Below, one piece after another: positions 35,575-50,465 of a DNA stretch of 64,000 nucleotides (within the stretch, counting starts at the first letter, position 1; each line of letters opens with the position of its first letter). A program made the position numbers and the translations under genes. Under the pieces are notes generated by a model, which saw nothing but the letters and a program-made list of their open reading frames with translations, made no database searches and had not been told where the DNA came from. This stretch comes from Eledone cirrhosa. Lineage: Eukaryota. The stretch is from NCBI GenBank assembly GCA_964016885.1, contig OZ024745.1, positions 70,618,001 through 70,682,000 on the forward strand. Direction: 5' to 3'.

Positions 35575-36163
35575 TATGATTGCAATCGTACACATATATA
35601 TATATGCATGTATGTACAAACGTCTACATACATGCAGATGAATGTTGATATGCATGCACGTTTTTATGTGTGTGTATGCATGTGAAGCCTGTGCATGTAA
35701 GTGTGCTACGTATGTATTCGTAAACTGATACACATAAAAAGATGCATGTAAAAACCTTCAAGATTCCTGTGCCTAATTAGACGGAACGAAATAAAGTTAA
35801 ACAATTGCATTAGTTGATATAAAACATGGAAGAAGTGCTTTAATTGCTTTAAAAGAACAAATATAGGAGAAAGTATAAAAATGAGAAATTGCAAGCAAAT
35901 AGCAATACAAAGAATAAAGAATAAAACAATTTCCAAGCATGAAACAATCAAAGATACACTTTAAATTCTCTTACACAATTGTTACGGAAAATATTTTCTT
36001 CACATTAGAAAACAGTTAAAACAAAAGGATTCGGAATAAAGTAAAATATACAGTGTCTCTCTAACTCTGACTTTCTTTCGCTCTCAAGATCTCTCCTTCT
36101 CTTTTCTCTTTATCACTCTCTCTCTCTCTTTTCTCTTTATCTCTCTCTCAATATATATCTATA

Positions 36164-36204
<41 letters not shown>

Positions 36205-36348
36205 GTCTATCGCATGCTGATAATATGGATTACTTAACAAACAATTATATTATGTACGAGTATATTATAACTCTTCGTATATCTGTCTAATTAGCTTGTA
36301 GCATTCTGTGCACTTATGTCTATTTTAATGTCGGTGACTGTACATGCA

Positions 36349-36474
<126 letters not shown>

Positions 36475-36491
36475 AGAGAGGGATAGATAAG

Positions 36492-36523
<32 letters not shown>

Positions 36524-39442
36524 GTCGTTGTAATATACACGTGTTACAATTCTCTCCTTTTTTTTCCAATTCTTCAATTAAATTATATGTGTATGTTATT
36601 CATTCTCTCTCTACTTTTCTGATGAAGAACCCACGCTCCAAACTTTAAAAATCTTTTTATTTCTGTGTGTGAGAACCAATTAACAAAGAAGTTTATTTTG
36701 TATTTCCTTGTGTTGCCTGTTTATATTTTTATTTTTACACAAGCATATGATATATATGCATTCATACCCACGGCTATGTTGTTTTATAACATATATAGTA
36801 TCTCTAGACATATATAGTATCTTCTAAACTCTCTCACTAGGCATAATGAAAATTATCATATGTGTAAGAATATACACGTAATATAAACTTCTAAACAGAA
36901 ATATTTATAATTAGATTTACATCAATTTACCCAAGCAATCAAGTGTTTCTGTTACTTCTAAACATTGTCAATGAAAGAAGGACATTCTGTTGATATAACA
37001 GTTCCACTTGCAGCTTTGTCTTCTTGGTGTTATGAAAGTGGAGAGTTAGTCATCACAATATTACATATACATAATGGTTTCTGATTTAGCACAAGGCCAG
37101 CAATTTGAGGGGAGGGGAAAGTCAATTAAACCAGTGCGTTACTGGTACTATTGGCTCCGTTACGATGAAAAGCAAAGTTACATCATGGTATGTAATTAAA
37201 CCAGTGGAATGGAGTAACGTTGAATGAAGTATATTGCTCAAGATCATGAGGTACAGTAATCGAACATACGATCTTATCGTGAGCCGATCAACCATCCTAA
37301 CCAATAGGCCATTCTCTTTCACACTCAAATGTAGGACATAAACTGCCGTCGGCCCTTTTCCCCTAAATTCTTATAAATTGCCATCTTAAACAAGACATCT
37401 AATCAATACAAAGGCAACCATTATTGAAAAACATCTACAAATCAAATCTCTAGCATCTCACAGGAATAAAAGCTATCCAATAGTTGTATGGATAGTCAAA
37501 ATAATGGGGATTCCAATAGCATTAACAACTTTGCAACTATACTGTATATGGTTTTCGGAAGTGGGGGATCGTAATCATTACAGTGTACATAACCGAACCC
37601 GACATATAGTCCAGCCAAAGGGAAAAGCGGAAGCCAAGATGCAGACGATACTACAGAGCTTTATATTTGACCTCTGAACCGGAGAACATTAACAAAGCGA
37701 ATACAAGTCAGGTCATCTTTATAGCTTTGGGCGAAATATAAGAAATATTACTACACTGAAAACTAACAATGATGGTGATAATGATGATGGGGATGATGTT
37801 TGTGGCGATTGTAATTGTAATGATGAGGATGGTTATGATATTTAAGACGATGGTGATGTGGAGGAATAGTAGAATAGCAACTGTAAGGATAGTAAAGAGG
37901 AAACATTGCCTACAAAAATGGTAAGGGTGAACAGAGACAGAGAAAGGATAGTATGAGGAAGAGGAGGGTGGTAGAACCTAATGTTTCCCACAAATACAAA
38001 TTCTTTTATTTGCTTAGTATAGCAAATTTCAACCAAATGGAGGTTATATTCTTCCATAGGCGCCGTCCTTTAAGCACTTGTTTGAACCAGACAAAAGAAC
38101 ATCCTTCTTGTATTTTTCTTTTTGTTTGTTATTTTTTCACAATTTTCCAATCAAAATACCATTGCATAAAGGCAGCCATAAAATCGTTGAAAAACACACA
38201 AAAGAAATATTAAACATTACAAAAATGGCGTCTGGTATATTATTTTTAATACTGACATTAAAATTATGTTAAACAATTAATTTGTCAGAAGCAACATCAC
38301 CGATACTAAGATCGAATCGAATTTCTAGCATTATTAATATTTTACATCTAATTCACAGCCGCATATTAAAATTAAATGAAAATATTCATTCTAGGACATG
38401 CCTTCTAATAAATTCATATATAAGCTGGTTGGACATTCTTGCTTTCCTTTAGGCATCACCTTGTAAATTGAATGCATGTTTTATTTTATATATTCTCTTT
38501 CGTTGTTTTTGTAACTTAAAATTGACCTCGGTTCAATAAACAAACATTTACACCCGCGGTCTATAGGGTACACATAGTGGGTTGCTTAGGTTTCGTTGGT
38601 TTTGTAATATAAATAAGATATATATTTTATCTTAAGTCACATAATGATTAAGTGACCTTCCAGAAATGATTCTTTGAAAGACTGTGAATTTAGTTCATGC
38701 TTATGTATAGATTCCATACCATAAATACAAATGTCCATATGTGCATTTTCTGTTTTATATATATGTGTGTGCGTGTGTCTTTTGAAGGTTTCCTTACTAA
38801 GATTGTAAGGGAGAATTGTTTCAAATTTGTACTCAATACAAATTAGGGAATATACAATTATCTAGCATTACTCATTTTGACAAATAATCCTTTGTTGCGC
38901 CCCATGAAGAATCTGTGTAATTACACAATTAAGTCATTTTGTGCATTTCAGTAACACCAGATTGTTGCGGTTATGCAAAATTAACAAGTATAATAAAATC
39001 AGTTAATTAAAAACAATTTCGAGTGAATGTCCGTAAGAGAAAGTAAAGTTATTGTTTGCATTGCGTCTAGCACTGTCACACATTGAGTAGTTGAATAACT
39101 GCAGCACTCAGGTGTTGCTGAAATACGCATGACGATAAAATAATTATGTAATTAGACAAACCATTCTTAAAGGGTTATTCAGACCGTCGAGTCAGAAACA
39201 ATACCATATCAATGGTGGGTACATACTATCGAACTGGAGAGCTTGATTTTGCTCACACCATAGTTTGTTGATTAAGATGAGGTATATGCGACTATCAGAA
39301 ACGCGTGAATAAATAACTATATGTATATATGTGTGTGTATGTGCGTGTGTGAGTGTATGTATGTATGTATGTATGCATGCATGTATGTATGTATGCGTGA
39401 TATATAACAACTGAAGCCTGATGAAATCTGTCATTCTTTGCA

Positions 39443-39636
39443 CAATAATTGTTTATACTTTTGGCACAAGGCCAGCAAATCATTAGTGTATTACTGGTAC
39501 TTTATTTTATCGACCCCGTAAGGATGAAAGGCAAAGTTAACCTCGGCGGAATTTGAACTCAGAATGGCAAGGGCCGTAACTCTATGCGTCAAAGCATGGC
39601 GTCCGACCCTCTACCGATACTGCCAATCCACCGCCC
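39443..39636 (-). mobile_element. SINE family A with TSD tttgcacaataat
   Basis: Full-length copy; 13-bp direct repeat on both flanks. Confidence 0.92.
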
Positions 39637-40068
39637 TTTGCACAATAATGTCACTGGTTGTTTTAGTTTAATTTTAATTGTTCATATTTTGAAAAATGGA
39701 AGAGATCTAGTAGGCGTTAATATTGATAAAAGGTAAAAGATTTAATAGAAAATTTCATTTAGAATAGATATTTATTTTCTATGTAGATATTGTATATTTT
39801 GTAACTTAATATTATTTTATAAGACGCATGACGAGTTTTCCAATTTATTTTATTGGTTTTCATACAGGAACTTAGTATATATTAACACATTTCTACTAAC
39901 ATATTCCTAGCATTATTTAATTTTACTGTATTGCATACCATTTCATTTTAGTCATGCTCTCTATTTCTTCCGTACACCTGATCAACTTTCGATCTCTATT
40001 TTCTCGAACCGCTACCTAACGCAACACAAATACAAATAAGAGCATACAAAAAGACATACGCATGCACG

Positions 40069-40116
<48 letters not shown>

Positions 40117-40273
40117 AAAAAAGGACAAACACAGAGATACAAAAACATTTAGTGTTATTAGGTTCACGATCTGGCTGAAAAAGAGAAAAGAAGTTCAACG
40201 TATCGGACGTGTAGTCTTTCGTTGGGATAGTGCAGTAGTAGATAGATTAAAAATAAGAAAATAGAAAATGCAT

Positions 40274-40341
<68 letters not shown>

Positions 40342-40726
40342 CTGAATTTAAAACTACCAATACAAACATGTCTGCTTTATATATGCAGTGTGTGGGGGGT
40401 GTCTTGGTGAGATACGTAAGTCTTGCCGATTATCAAACCCGTTTATGTGTCGTGTTTAAAAAAACGTAGATGATGAAAAAAAACTGAATTAATTGTAATG
40501 ATCACCGTATAACCGCATTATAAGAACGTAAAACACTGTTATTACCAGAATAGCATCATAATGGTTTAATATTATAATGCTATGTTATAAAATGTCTATA
40601 ATGATTGAGCTTATTTATGCTGTAAATATCATGGCTGGTATATAAAAATATATCTTAAAGAAGGAATCAGATGTAACATTCACATAAATTAATGATTGTC
40701 ATTGTGTTTCATTATTTACTTGGATT

Positions 40727-41108
40727 CGGTGGATTGGCAGTATCGGTAGAGGGTCGGACGCCATGCTTTGACGCATAGAGTTACGGTCCTTGCCATTCTG
40801 AGTTCAAATCCCGCCGAGGTTTACTTTGCCTTTCATCCTTACGGGGTCGATAAAATAAAGTACCAGTAATGCACTGGATAATTTACTGGCCTTGTGCCAA
40901 AAGTAGAAACAATTATTTACTTGGATTGGCAGTATCGGTAGGGAGTTCGACGACATGCTTTCCAGCATAGTTACGCCCCTTTACGAACTGAGTTCAAATC
41001 CCGCCGAGGTTAACTTTGCCTTTCACCCTTACGTGGTCGATAAAAATAAAGTACCAGTAATGTACTGGGATAATTGCTGGCCTTGTGCCAAAAGTAGAAA
41101 CAATTATT
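40727..41108 (+). mobile_element. Head-to-tail SINE family A dimer (two subfamilies)
   Basis: Copies at 40727-40915 and 40921-41108; attatttacttggatt repeated at the junctions. Confidence 0.9.
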
Positions 41109-41754
41109 TACTGTGGAAGATGCAATTATACTCTCGCTTTGGGTAAACACCATTAAAAGACAATGGTAAAAGAAAATGGATTGCTGTTTTTTTTTATTAT
41201 TATTGATATATTTTTGTTGTTTTTGAAGCTATCGTTCTGACGACGTGTGTTCTGGTTATTCGACCAACGAAACCGACTTTTCATGAAATTAATGTACGAA
41301 TGGCTTAGCAATCCACAGGCAAATGGACCCTTAGCGTAGTTTGCAGTGAGATCCGAGGTGAAACAGTATGTGACAAGATGACTGTGTGCATTATTGTTGA
41401 CTTGAGTAACATGTAATACAGTGTCTTTCTCAACTACACAACAAGCAACTGAGAATTGAACTCACGGATGACGAAGACTCTAAACACTATGTCAAGTGCC
41501 TTTGCAATTCTAATAAGAATAAATACTGGTGACAATGCGTGACCTAGTGATTAGAATATTGGAATCACTGTAATGATATCGCAGAACTTTCTACACTTCA
41601 GCAAAGCTCTTCATTTTAGGTTGCTCTCTTATTTGCTAATGCAATAGCTGGAGGAAAGTATTCTGATGGACTAGTGCAATGTCCTGAACACTCATTCGCT
41701 TAATACCTCAGAAAACAAACATCTTCCAAACATCTTCCAACTTGTGCAAAACTC

Positions 41755-41806
<52 letters not shown>

Positions 41807-42357
41807 GCTCACCTTGTCAACGTCCCCTCCCTTTTGAGGTTGTTTTCGATTATTTTCATTTTATACCCTTTTTACTCGATTTTATGTAAACTCCCCCTTT
41901 GTATTTGTCCCTTCTTTTTATGCCTTTATGGTAAATAAAGTAATATATCTATCTCACCTTGTCTTCATAGACCCTTGTAGCGGAAGCAAACATAATTAGT
42001 GAATGTGATAAGGTTCATATTTTAAATTTGTATTATGGCTTATTAATATGAAGAAAAGCTGTGCCCAAATCGTTTACAGGGACTTTAAAACTGAAGAAGG
42101 GGTGGGAGAAATTAAATCATAACTGTCATTCAATCAAATAACTGAAAGATGGTCGTCAAAACAGATGCAGAATACATAATACACAGAGACACAAACACAC
42201 ACTTACAGATATAATACATGCACATACTCACACACACATATATATAAATACATATACATATAAAAGGAATATATGTATGTGTGTGTGTAGTGTTATATAT
42301 GTATATATATGTGTATGTATGTATATATATATATATATACATATTCATATATGCACG

Positions 42358-42504
<147 letters not shown>

Positions 42505-42541
42505 ATAAATACGTACGTACATACATATATACATACATACA

Positions 42542-44322
42542 TATCTGACAGCGATGATCAAAGCAATTTAGCAGTGTAGTCTGACAGTGATGGCTGGCAG
42601 AAAGGATGAAAGCTAACAGTGTCTATAATTAACTGCTTTAAGCCGGTTAATAGGGACAAATCAAAATATCAGCCATAATGGACAGTTGGCCAACTTGTTG
42701 TCAATAATACAAAAATGTTATAGAGAAGTGACGGAATGGAAGATAGGCAAAAGGGATAGCAAAAGAAGGAGGAGGAGGAGGAGGAGGAGGAGGAGAAAAA
42801 GAATAGAAGGGCGAAATAAGGGAGGAGAAGGAAGAGCAGTCGGGTTTCGTTAAATGGAATCGTGTGCAGTTATGATTAACTCCAATGGCGTCTCAAAGTC
42901 TCTATGTATATAGGTTAAGGATTGTCTTAAATACCTAAATCAAGCAAGAGTTACCTACATTTTTTTTCTTCTATGACTGGTCACCCCTAAACCGATTTTG
43001 TTCGATTTATTGAAGTTTTTACCATATTCAGACAACAAACCTATTTGTATGTATGCAACAGTAACACCTGTTTTATGGGCCATCTCTATTCTGTGTTTGT
43101 GTTTGCCGTAATTCCTTTTATTGATTGACTAATCATGCAATCCGCAACTGATGATATCATCAAAATCTTACATAACCAGATCATTGAAATATATATAGTG
43201 GTTTTTGCAACAATAATACTTTAAAGGGATATTACCAGTCCGACCTCCTGTTATTTTAATCAAATTAATTAATCTATCTATATATATATATATAAAGATA
43301 GAGAGAGAGAGGGGGGAGATTGAGATTAGGAATATAGATAGATATACAATAATTTTGATCTTGTTAGACTCAATAAAAACAGGTAGGAAAAAATCTTTAT
43401 CAGAGCAAACACTTAAACAATAATGTTATAGAACAAAATACACCTATATAACAAGGCGAAAACACAGAGAAAAGCCGTTCAATAGTTAAACAATAAACGT
43501 GGAATTACTTAAATTTATAAATCGTATGTCCTGTGTAGTATCTATCCATGAAAAAAACCTACTAATTACCATGTTCATAAATACACACAAACACACACAG
43601 ACAGACATAAACACATAGAGACAGTCTCACATATACACATACACACACACACACATTTATATATACACATGTACGCATACATACACACATAGTTCTGCCT
43701 TCAGTTCCCCTGCACTACACATTGCGCAACCATCTTTTACTATATACTCGGGATGACAAGTCCCTCCTCAGTGGATTTTAGTAGACGAAAACTGAAACGT
43801 TTCGTCGTATATATATATGTATATATGTATGTCTGCGTCTCTGAGTCTGTGTGTTTGCGCTTGTTTGTATGTAAAACAATAGATGCAATATGCGATTATG
43901 CATGGTGGTAAAATAACTAATAGTTTGTAATTTATTTTATAAATGTATGAACATCACACTTTCTCTCATTTATCAAAGGTACATGGACTTTTCATGTGTG
44001 ATAAATCATTTCACTGCACACGATTACTTTTAACAAAGTAACATTACCACCAGCACCACAGCTACCAACACTATCACAAATACACTACTCCTCCCCCTCT
44101 CTTTTGCTATCCCTTTTGCCTATCTTCCATTCCGTCACTTCTCTATAACATTTCTGTATTATTGACAACAAGCTGGCCAACTGTCCATTATGGCTGATAT
44201 TTTGATTTGTCCCTATTAACCGGCTTAAAGCAGTTAATTATAGACACTGTTAGCTTTCATCCTTTCTGTCAGCCATCACTGTCAGACTACACTGCTAAAT
44301 TGCTTTGATCATCGCTCAGATA
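42542..44322. repeat. Long inverted repeat, ~225-bp arms (42542-42766 / 44100-44322), ~1.3-kb spacer
   Basis: By eye three substitutions and one 2-nt indel between the arms. Confidence 0.92.
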
Positions 44323-45132
44323 GAGAGACGAAGTAAACGAGGTGAAAGAATAGACTTGAAAGAGAGAGTGAATGATGCAAATGGTGAGGTGTGCGAAAGT
44401 AAAGATGGGGGAAAATAGATATGCAAGAGTGAGGAGAATAGAGTTGGGAGAATGAGATAAGGAAACACATAGAGGGACAGGAGAAGTTTGGAAAGAGAAG
44501 AGAGGAAAGAGTAAGATAATAGACGTGGAAAGAGTAGGAGAATGGAATGAATAGAGGAGAGAGGTGATAGAGTGAGAGAATATATGTGGAAAGAGTGACA
44601 GACGAAGCAAGTAGGGGAAAGGAGAAGATGGGAAAATGTGGGTGATGTTTAAATCAAACAATCCTAAAATTGATAAGATGGTCACAAATGATGCTGAATA
44701 AGTAGCCAGCAAACGACCATTATGTCGGCCTACACTAACAAAAACATTATAATAACTATAATTAGTCTCCACCAACAAAATGTATTTTCTCAACGATTTT
44801 TCAAGCAGCGTTATTTCAACTCAGTATTAATTCACTGAAATTAATTTTATATTTTTACATTTTTATTTCTATATTTTATATTTAAAACGTTTGTTTTCGT
44901 CCAAACATTAGCAGACGATAACGCCATCTATCGATATTGATTTTTTAGGTACATTACCAATATTGTATATGCGGTTATAGATACATAGGTAGATTATATC
45001 TACCGTAGTTAGTATATTTATTAGCTATTATTTTTCGTCACACGCTCTCATCGAAAAAGCAGTCAAATCACCGTCAAACAACACACTGTCTTCTCTAAAA
45101 AGTATAAATAGATTATACAATGAAGTCCCTCT

Positions 45133-45720
45133 AATAATTGTTTCTACTTTTAGCACAAGGCCTGCAATTATCCCAGTGTGTTACTCGTACTTTATTTTAT
45201 CGACCCCGTAAGGATGAAAGGCAAAGTTAACCTCGCCGGGATTTGAACTCAGACCATAAAGGGCCGTAACTCTTTGCTGCAAAGCATGGCGTCCGACCTT
45301 CTACCAGAACTGCCAATCCGATTTAGTCACAATGCCAACAATTTTCATGGAGGGGAAAGTTGATTAAATCGACTCCAGTGCATTCCTGGTACTTTATTTC
45401 ATCAACACCGTGAGGATAAAGGGCAATGCTAATCTCAGCAAGATTTGAACCCGAAATGTAGAAGGCCGTAACTCTACATCGCGAAGAATGTTATCGCGTG
45501 TTCTACAGGTATTGGTTTCTTATATAGGCGCAAGGCCAGCAATTTTGGGGGAGAGGAAAATCGATCCCAGTGCGTGACTGGTACTTTATTTTATCGACCC
45601 CGTAAGGATGAAAGGCAAAGTTAACCTCGGCGGGATTTGAACTCAGATAATAATGGGCCGCAACTCTATGCTGCAAAGCATGGCGTCCGACCCTCTACCG
45701 ATACTGCCAATCCACCGCCC
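45133..45720 (-). mobile_element. Head-to-tail SINE trimer
   Basis: Copies at ~45133-45321, ~45325-45505 (older) and ~45512-45720; ccctctaataat on both outer flanks. Confidence 0.88.
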
Positions 45721-46335
45721 TCTAATAATAAATATAGATGGTGATGGCTGAAACATATTTCGTTATAGGTCTGATGCTTGATGAGGGCTAAACAACAGTA
45801 GTAATTGTTATAAATATATAACGGTCATGCTGGGGCATTGTTTCAAAACAACCACAACAACCACAAACACAACAAAAACCACAAACACAACAACAACCAC
45901 AACAATAACAGCCATCACAACACCAACACCACCAATTGAAATTTAGATTTTGTTGCGCGGACTAGTTTTAGATACAAGATACTTCTTAACTGCGCTAACT
46001 CATGTGACTAGAAGGAAGCTGAACAGGTTCGCACGCTATAGTACTTACTTTTATGTTATTCAACTTCCTCAGCTGTTACATCATTCCTACTTCTCCGTGT
46101 CAACATTATATGCCCTATCACTTCCATTCCCATTTTTTCCTATCTCTGTGTCTCCCGCATCTCTCATCAGATGTTATATGCTCGTCATCTTTCTCCCTCC
46201 TAAATTTACTTTTCTCTCTCTCTTCTCCTCTGACCGCTCTTCCGTTCATTAAAATGTTTTGTTTAACTCGACTCTTTGCTACAATTACCGTTGCAGCCGG
46301 TTGCTTCACATACATACCACTTTACTATATATGTT

Positions 46336-46399
<64 letters not shown>

Positions 46400-46734
46400 G
46401 TATCTATGTATGTATATATGTATGTGTATATGTATGTGTATATGCATATGGGGGTGCGTCTGCGTGTGTATGTGTGTGTGTTGTGAGATGAGACCTACCA
46501 GTCGTAGTGTATGATAAAGCTATATCTGTATAAGTACATACGGTGTAAACGAGACTGAACCTACGTGTAGAAATGTATACGTATATTTACTTTGAAGGTT
46601 GGTCCATTTCACAGTAGTACTAAGACTGAATGACTGTATATAACCATTAAATATATGGTTCATTGTGGTTGATTAAATCATATAAATGCTTTGGATAAGG
46701 ACCCAATGCGAAAATAAAGATATAAATTTACTAT

Positions 46735-46756
46735 ACATAGATATATATATACATAC

Positions 46757-46836
<80 letters not shown>

Positions 46837-46976
46837 ATATATAAATATATATATATGTGTGTGTGCATGTGTATATATATATATATATATGTGTATATAT
46901 GTATATATCTATATGTATATATATCTATATATATATAGATATATACATATATATATATACATATATATACGTATAT

Positions 46977-47045
<69 letters not shown>

Positions 47046-47152
47046 TACACATTGCATATATACATATATGTATATGTACATATTTACATATATACATGTG
47101 TATGTATATACATATATACATATCACATATATACATATATATGTATACATAT

Positions 47153-47218
<66 letters not shown>

Positions 47219-47251
47219 ATATATGTATGTATATATATATATGTGTGTGTG

Positions 47252-47335
<84 letters not shown>

Positions 47336-47345
47336 TAAATGTATA
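46735..47345. repeat. Compound (TA)n/(TG)n/(CA)n microsatellite
   Basis: Direct inspection. Confidence 0.95.
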
Positions 47346-48751
47346 TAATATGTAGTTACATTCACACGTCATTTCCTGTGTATGCTGTGGTTTGTTTTTT
47401 CTATCTGTATCGTCCCCCACAGTTTAGTTACAGCCACCACCCACCCTTGGGAAAATAGAAAATAGAAAATATATATTGACGTTTGAGATAATTCCATAGC
47501 AAATCAATAAATGAAAGCTACTAATATTAATACATAAAAGCATGAGATTCTTTGCATAAAATAATTTAGAATTAACAGAAGAAAAGTAATGTGTGTACTA
47601 TTGATTTCAGTATTGGCGCTAACTCCTGCGAAATGTCAATATCAATATATAACGTTTGCTTTAAACAAGCTGGTCACTGGCCGCAACTCTGCTGATTAAA
47701 AATGAAAGAGTTATGTCCCTTGAGAGCAATGATTAAATGAAATTGTTTAATATAGTTTTATTGTCCCATTAGTTATATGTGGGTAGAGCTTTTTGTTGGT
47801 TTGGTAATTGATAACCTCCTTTAGTTAACTGGCAATCAATATTGGTTTTATAGGTCAATCATAGGTTTACTGACATATAGGTAGTATTATTATTAGTAGT
47901 ATTTGTGGTATATAATATTTTGTAGTGATAAATCATGAATCAAATTTAATATGGTGATTGTGGTGGATCTGGGGAAACGGGTTATAATATAAGTAGGCCA
48001 GAAGAGGGAATGTGGACGGCCGGGCATTTAACATGAACGACTTTGAGGGAGATTACGATTTTGAGGGGGCCTACTCATTTGAAATTCTATTTCCTTTTTT
48101 ATTAATTTTATTTACAATATGTACACAACATATATCTTAATATTACCACATTTGGGAGCCTATTTTTTACATCTAGCTTGCATCATTTACTAGTTTTGGA
48201 GGCCTGCAGTTTATATCTAGCGCGAACATATTACCAGCTTCTAATAAGCTTTTGTATAGGGGATTATATCAAATTCAGTTCATGACCGATACTCTTTTTG
48301 TCCACGCCACATTGATGAAAGGCGCTGTTTATCAACTTCCACCAAGGTTTGCTGTATTGTGTCTGTGTTTATCAATGAATATTTGATAATAAATAATCGC
48401 TCCACAACCATTTGGTTTCGGGTTTCGTCCCACTTTGTGGCGTCTTAGGTAAGCGTCTTTTACACCAGCCCTGGGCCAACCCAAATTTTGTGAGTGTAAT
48501 TAAGTTAATGAAAGGTATTCAGATAAACTTGGGTATTCAGATAACCAAGGGTTCAGTCTTGTCTTGGGCTACACTGAATCTTCCTGAGGTATATGTGTCT
48601 CTGAAATACCCAGCCAATTAAATGGTAAACATCTGGAACACTAGCATTAAAACCGCTAGAGTCCCATTTATTTTATTTTTTTAAATTAATTCATTAATAA
48701 ATTCTAAATAATATGTATTTGATATGATTGGGAATCATTATGTAAATAGGT

Positions 48752-48858
48752 ATCCCGCCGAGGTTGACTTTGCCTTTCATCCTTACGGGGTCGATAAAAT
48801 AAAGTACCAGTAATGCACTGGGTAATTGCTGGCCTTGTGCCTAAAGTAGAAACAATTA
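48752..48858 (+). mobile_element. 5'-truncated SINE family A with TSD attatgtaaataggtatc
   Basis: 3' half only; ~18-bp direct repeat flanks. Confidence 0.9.
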
Positions 48859-50328
48859 TGTAAATAGGTATCAATATATTTCTTCGTAATAGATGCAATA
48901 CTGGGAAGTAGCCAAACATAAAGTAAAGGCACGTAGCTTAGTGGTAAGATTTACAAACAAGATGTTGCGAGATTGATTTCCGAACTCGAATGTATTTGAG
49001 CAAGTTACTTTATTTCACGTTGTTCCTTCTGCCAGGAGCTGCAAACGGTAAATAGTATTAGCAATTCCAAAAGACCAATAGAAACTTTGTTTCCTTGATC
49101 CGATCTGACGAGTTCTACACCACTCGGTAAGCGAATGAGATCTGGGATCCTGTCGATTCGACTCAAGCATGGCTGAGTGGTTATGAAATTCGCTTCACAA
49201 TCATGAAGTCTCGATCTTAATCCCACAGTGGCACATCTCATACAAATGTCTTTGTCATAAACACGCGTTGACACATGGCATATCAATAAAATGAATTGTA
49301 CTTAGAATTCATATTGTTACATATTGGGTCACTTATTGTGTCTCGCGGATTCATCTAGGTAATTACATTAATGTCTCACTGCTACAACTAAGTGTACAGG
49401 GGTTATACTCGATTGAATTGTTCATAGTACATGACAGATATCTACTGATATATCAGAAAGAAAATCTACTCCAGTGGAATTTACAGAAAGTGAAGCTAAA
49501 TAGCTGTATGACTATTTAGTCTCTTACTCTCATGTCTTCTGCTAATCCATTACCTTGTTAAAGATAAATGATAATTTGTTACATTAGAACAAAGACATAC
49601 ATTTATTGAGAACGAGTATGACCGAGAATTTAATCTAGACTCAGTATATTATAGACTTTGAATGGTGAAAAGTTAAGTCCCAGGAGGATTTGAACTCGGA
49701 ATATTATGGGGATTATCTGAATCATACAATTGTATTTCTCCTGAAACTTTGTTATTCTTTGTTCTAACATGGACTGAAGACCACAGGTTTCCTTAAGGGA
49801 TGTAATGGTGTTAATCACTTCCAGTACTTAAGACTTTGATTTATGCTTATGGTTTCAGAAAGGAGTAATTTAAAAAATTGGTCACGGTCGGATGTAGACT
49901 CAGATAGTAAACGTACATTAGTACATACAAAAAGACATTTGTTTACAATTGTACCATTACTGTCGTCTGCCGGCCTTATTCTAAGTAACATTCCACGACT
50001 TGCTGCTGTTATTAGGCAACACAATGGTGAAATTGAGCTCAATTTTCGTCTGAATAATTATTGTGTTTCAGCATTCTGGTGCGATTAGGTGCAATTGGGT
50101 AGAATATGGCAAATTAGGAATATTAATGGGATAATAGAGGAACTTCCAAATCTGGTGGAATTGGGTAAAGAGTAATATGCATTAATCTTAATTTATTTTG
50201 ATATTTAATGCTAGAATATTAATTACAATGTATAAGAGGAAAGGGGGTGATCAGGGTTGTTGGTTAGGAACCAGCAAATATAAATAGGATTACGTTGGGA
50301 TAACCCAACAAACTGCTACTTGAAAGCA

Positions 50329-50465
50329 ATGGAGACAAAAGCGGCAATGGATGAAGAAATGGGTGAGATGGAAGAAAAGAAAATAGCGAAAGAACGACGA
50401 AATAAGAACCTTGAAAAACAGGTCATTCATGTAAATGAACTACCCCCCATACAGAGAAAAAGCAG
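50329..50465 (+). CDS. Probable (alternative) first coding exon (METKAAMDEEMGEMEEKKIAKERRNKNLEKQVIHVNELPPIQRKS...), ends in phase 2
   Basis: GCAATGG Kozak-like start, charged helical peptide, strong donor AG|GTATGT at 50466; 137 nt = 45 codons + 2. Confidence 0.7.

Noticed and set aside
44287-44793. 168-aa - strand ORF, and 22769-24069 ORFs
   Set aside because: Derived from GA/CT-rich low-complexity sequence; no protein-like features
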